A stretch of DNA of 63,760 nt, the filler included, from Stramenopiles sp. TOSAG23-6 (taxonomy: Eukaryota), in NCBI GenBank assembly GCA_900128565.1. It is 9 parts of 9 records of this genome, joined end to end, with 100 filler letters (N's around TTAATTAATTAA, not from the genome) between each part and the next. Parts side by side here need not be neighbours in the genome. Positions count along the whole stretch, not along the records: positions 60,874 to 62,267 come from LT639122.1; positions 62,368 to 63,760 come from LT639123.1; 7 more parts are not named here. One strand, given 5' to 3'. The translations under genes were made by a program, and so were the position numbers. The notes beneath the pieces are model-generated. The model did no database searches. It had not been told where the DNA came from and saw only the letters and a program-made list of their open reading frames with translations. The first letter of the stretch is position 1, and each line of letters begins with the position of its first letter. Positions 61,026 to 63,760 of this stretch are shown here, one piece after another.

Positions 61026-61939
61026 GGAGCATCTTGTCCAGTAGGCATTGGTGTAAGTTGTAGTGCCGACCGTCAAGCTTGGGGGAAGATCACTGAAGAG
61101 GGTGTGTTTATTGAAGAATTAGAACGTGACCCTGCTAAATACTTGCCTGATATTGATGAAAAAACTTTACTTGGTGGTGGTGATGTTCACGAGGTGAATT
61201 TAAATGATGGCATGGATAAAGTATTATTGAAACTAAATGAATTACCAGTCAAATCTAGAGTATCTCTCACAGGCACGTTAGTAGTTGCTAGAGATATTGC
61301 ACATGCTAAACTTTTGGAAAGATTAAATAAGGATGGAGAGTTGCCACAGTATATGTACGCTTTCATTATAATTTATTTTTTTCCACTAGACTTATTTTTT
61401 CATACCAAAATTTGTACCTAATAAATTCTACATTTTTTTTTTTCACAATATAGGCGTGACCATCCTGTTTATTATGCAGGCCCTGCGAAAACTCCTGAAG
61501 GAATGGCATCTGGATCATTTGGTCCAACAACTGCAGGACGCATGGATAGTTATGTTGATGCATTCCAAGCAGCTGGCGGTAGTAAAATTATGCTTGCAAA
61601 AGGAAATCGAAGTAGCCAAGTGACTCAATCATGTTTGTTCTCTCATTATGATTTGTTTTTGAAATATTTTTTTTCATTGAAATTTTTGTACCTAACAAAA
61701 ATATCATTTTTTTTGAAATATTTTTTCACAACTCATGTAAAAAGCATGGCGGATTTTATTTAGGATCTATTGGAGGACCTGCGGCAGTTTTGGCTATGAA
61801 TTGTATTAAAAAAGTCGAAGTATTGGAATATGAAGAATTAGGTATGGAGGCTGTTTGGAAGATCGAAGTAGAGAATTTTCCTGCCTTTGTCGTGGTTGAC
61901 AATAAAGGAAATGATTTTTTTTCTAAATGGCAAGCGTAA
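61026..61939 (+). CDS. Class I (Fe-S) fumarate hydratase, C-terminal part; introns 61345-61453 (GT-AG) and 61633-61736 (GT-AT)
   Basis: [64 protein letters not shown]. Confidence 0.95.
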
Positions 61940-61993
61940 AAAAATGATATAATAAAGTATTGTTGACAATATCAGATTTATTATTGAAAAGAT

Positions 61994-62267
61994 TCAAGTA
62001 CCGATGGATAAGTTTTCTATTGACTCATAAATTTCAATACTATCGTTAGGTCCTTTCTTTATACTATTATTAGGGTTAGGATTGGCTTCTTTCTTTAAAC
62101 GATTATGAATACTTTTTACATTTATTAGTATCTCTTTTTTAGATGTATTTATAATTTTTGGATTTTTTTTTTCTATCTCTTTTTTAGATGTATTTATAAT
62201 TTTTGGATTTTCTTTTTCTATCTCTTTTTTAGATGTATTTATAATTTTTGGATTTTCTTTTTCTATC
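61994..62267 (-). CDS. C-terminal fragment of an unknown gene with a 45-bp coding tandem repeat
   Basis: Open frame IEKENPKIINTSKKE x3 ending in TGA. Confidence 0.45.
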
Positions 62268-62458
62268 NNNNNNNNNNNNNNNNNNNNNNNNNNNNNNNNN
62301 NNNNNNNNNNNTTAATTAATTAANNNNNNNNNNNNNNNNNNNNNNNNNNNNNNNNNNNNNNNNNNNNATTGTGAAAAAATATTTCAAAAAAAAATCGTTA
62401 GGTACAAAATTTCGTACGAAAACAAAATAATAAATTCGAAATTGAAAGGAAAACGTAC

Positions 62459-63147
62459 AATGATTCCGCTTCTAACGACTTTTGTAACCGACTTGATTCC
62501 CACATTCGTTTTCTATTCTTTATGTCATGGTTGTCTAAATCATATTTTGATTTTAAACCAAAATTACGAGAATTACTTTTTGGCCTATCTTTTTTCTGAG
62601 TTGGAAATAATCTTTTCATAATGAGGTTATTTTTCACAGCATCTTTTGATATATGAAGTATCCCTGATTTCCCCCCTGGAGGATGATTAGAGACGACGCT
62701 ATGCATGATAATACTACTCCATTTTTCTTCTTCATCATTTTGTGGAGGTGAGCTATTATTCTCATTTGTTTTTAACAAACAATGCCTATCAGAGTTTTGA
62801 GTCTTGAGTCTTGAAACCTTTTTATCTAAAATCTTAAAAAGTCGTTGTTCCATATCCATTCCTTCTTGACCTGATTCGACAGAAATATTTTGTTGCATTT
62901 TTTCTTGTTGTTTTAGTAGTGCTAGTTGTTGAGTATGATTCTTCTGTGCCTCTGAAAGACGTTCTTCAATAGTCAAGTGTTTCAATTCATCATAGAATCC
63001 TTTTCTTCGCCTGCTACGGTCATTTCGAATTTCAGATAGTTTTCGTTCTCCTCGTTTACGTAAAACATTGAGTCTTTTTTCTGGATTATATGATTTTGAG
63101 CTCACAAGTCGGATTGTAGATACTGCAGTTTTTATGACGTCTGTCAT
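62459..63147 (-). CDS. Hypothetical coiled-coil protein, first exon
   Basis: Long ORF ending at family donor tt|GTACGT. Confidence 0.55.
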
Positions 63148-63426
63148 GGTAGAGTTTATAAAGGTAAAAACCGGTCAAATAAGCTTGTGTAGTTCATACA
63201 TGCCTATGCCCATCTCAAGAATATTCTCCTGCTAATCTCCTGCGTAACTGACATGTAACTGTACGAGCTAGAATCTCAAATCACACATCCCATAGCGCCG
63301 TCCAATTCTGTTACTTGACAAAACGACAATGTGTCGATTTATTTGGTTGACCAATCCAATCATTACCAATATTACATGATGTATATAGTAATGCACATTT
63401 CAATCATTTAACAAAGGACTACTAGC

Positions 63427-63760
63427 ATGGGTATTTGCTGTTCAAAACCAAAGACTCCACCAGTAAATGAAAAGCTGAAAGAAATCATTAAGAAGCATAA
63501 ACTAACACCAGCAGTGATCAAGAGATTTCATAAACCCTTCAAGCAATATGATGTCGATGACAGTGGAACGATTGATATTGATGAGTTCTATGACATGGTT
63601 GGTGAAAAACCAAGTATATTTGGTGATTCAATCTTTGAGCTACTCGCGATAACAACCGACTCCGGAATCGATTTTGCTGAGTGGGTTGAGGCTTTAGTTA
63701 CTTTTTGCATGTGGGGCAAAGATCACATGCTAAAGTTTTGTTTTTTTATTTTTGATAAAG
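63427..63760 (+). CDS. Calcineurin-B-like EF-hand protein, acylated N-terminus; partial
   Basis: MGICCS; DVDDSGTIDIDEF; IDFAEWV...FCFFIFDK. Confidence 0.8.
   Translation, partial: MGICCSKPKTPPVNEKLKEIIKKHKLTPAVIKRFHKPFKQYDVDDSGTIDIDEFYDMVGEKPSIFGDSIFELLAITTDSGIDFAEWVEALVTFCMWGKDHMLKFCFFIFDK

Noticed and set aside
62129-62267. CRISPR-like array
   Set aside because: Contiguous 45-bp tandem units with no unique spacers, in frame, in a eukaryotic gene.

Overview
AT-rich, gene-dense nuclear DNA from a eukaryotic microbe, probably a flagellated protist (RSPH10B-like MORN protein, TTAGGG-type repeats, class I fumarase). The window is a concatenation of at least 9 contigs joined by artificial N-TTAATTAATTAA-N spacers, so adjacency across spacers means nothing. 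About 35 genes are recognisable, including ARF1, COMMD2, FCF2, a PB1-MAP3K, RPB3, ATG6, an SNF2 ATPase, TFIIA, Dim1, Myb, a sorting nexin, NCKX, a cathepsin and fumarase. The main result is a family of roughly 40 related introns, mostly 89-125 nt. They begin with GT but mostly end in AT rather than AG. Consensus: GTAYGTTTT...AATTTCGAA...TTTTCGTACGAAATTTTGTACCTAAC...GAAATATTTTTYCAMAATACAT. Removing them by hand at GT...AT restores textbook motifs ([47 protein letters not shown]). The acceptor looks fixed by position (5 nt after CACAA/CAAAA), not by an AG. Also present: over 20 isolated two-unit telomeric motifs, mostly inside coding exons; a double-GTAC motif shared by introns and promoters; and a hAT-type MITE with head-to-head telomeric repeats. 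All splicing is inferred from DNA reading frames and needs RNA confirmation.
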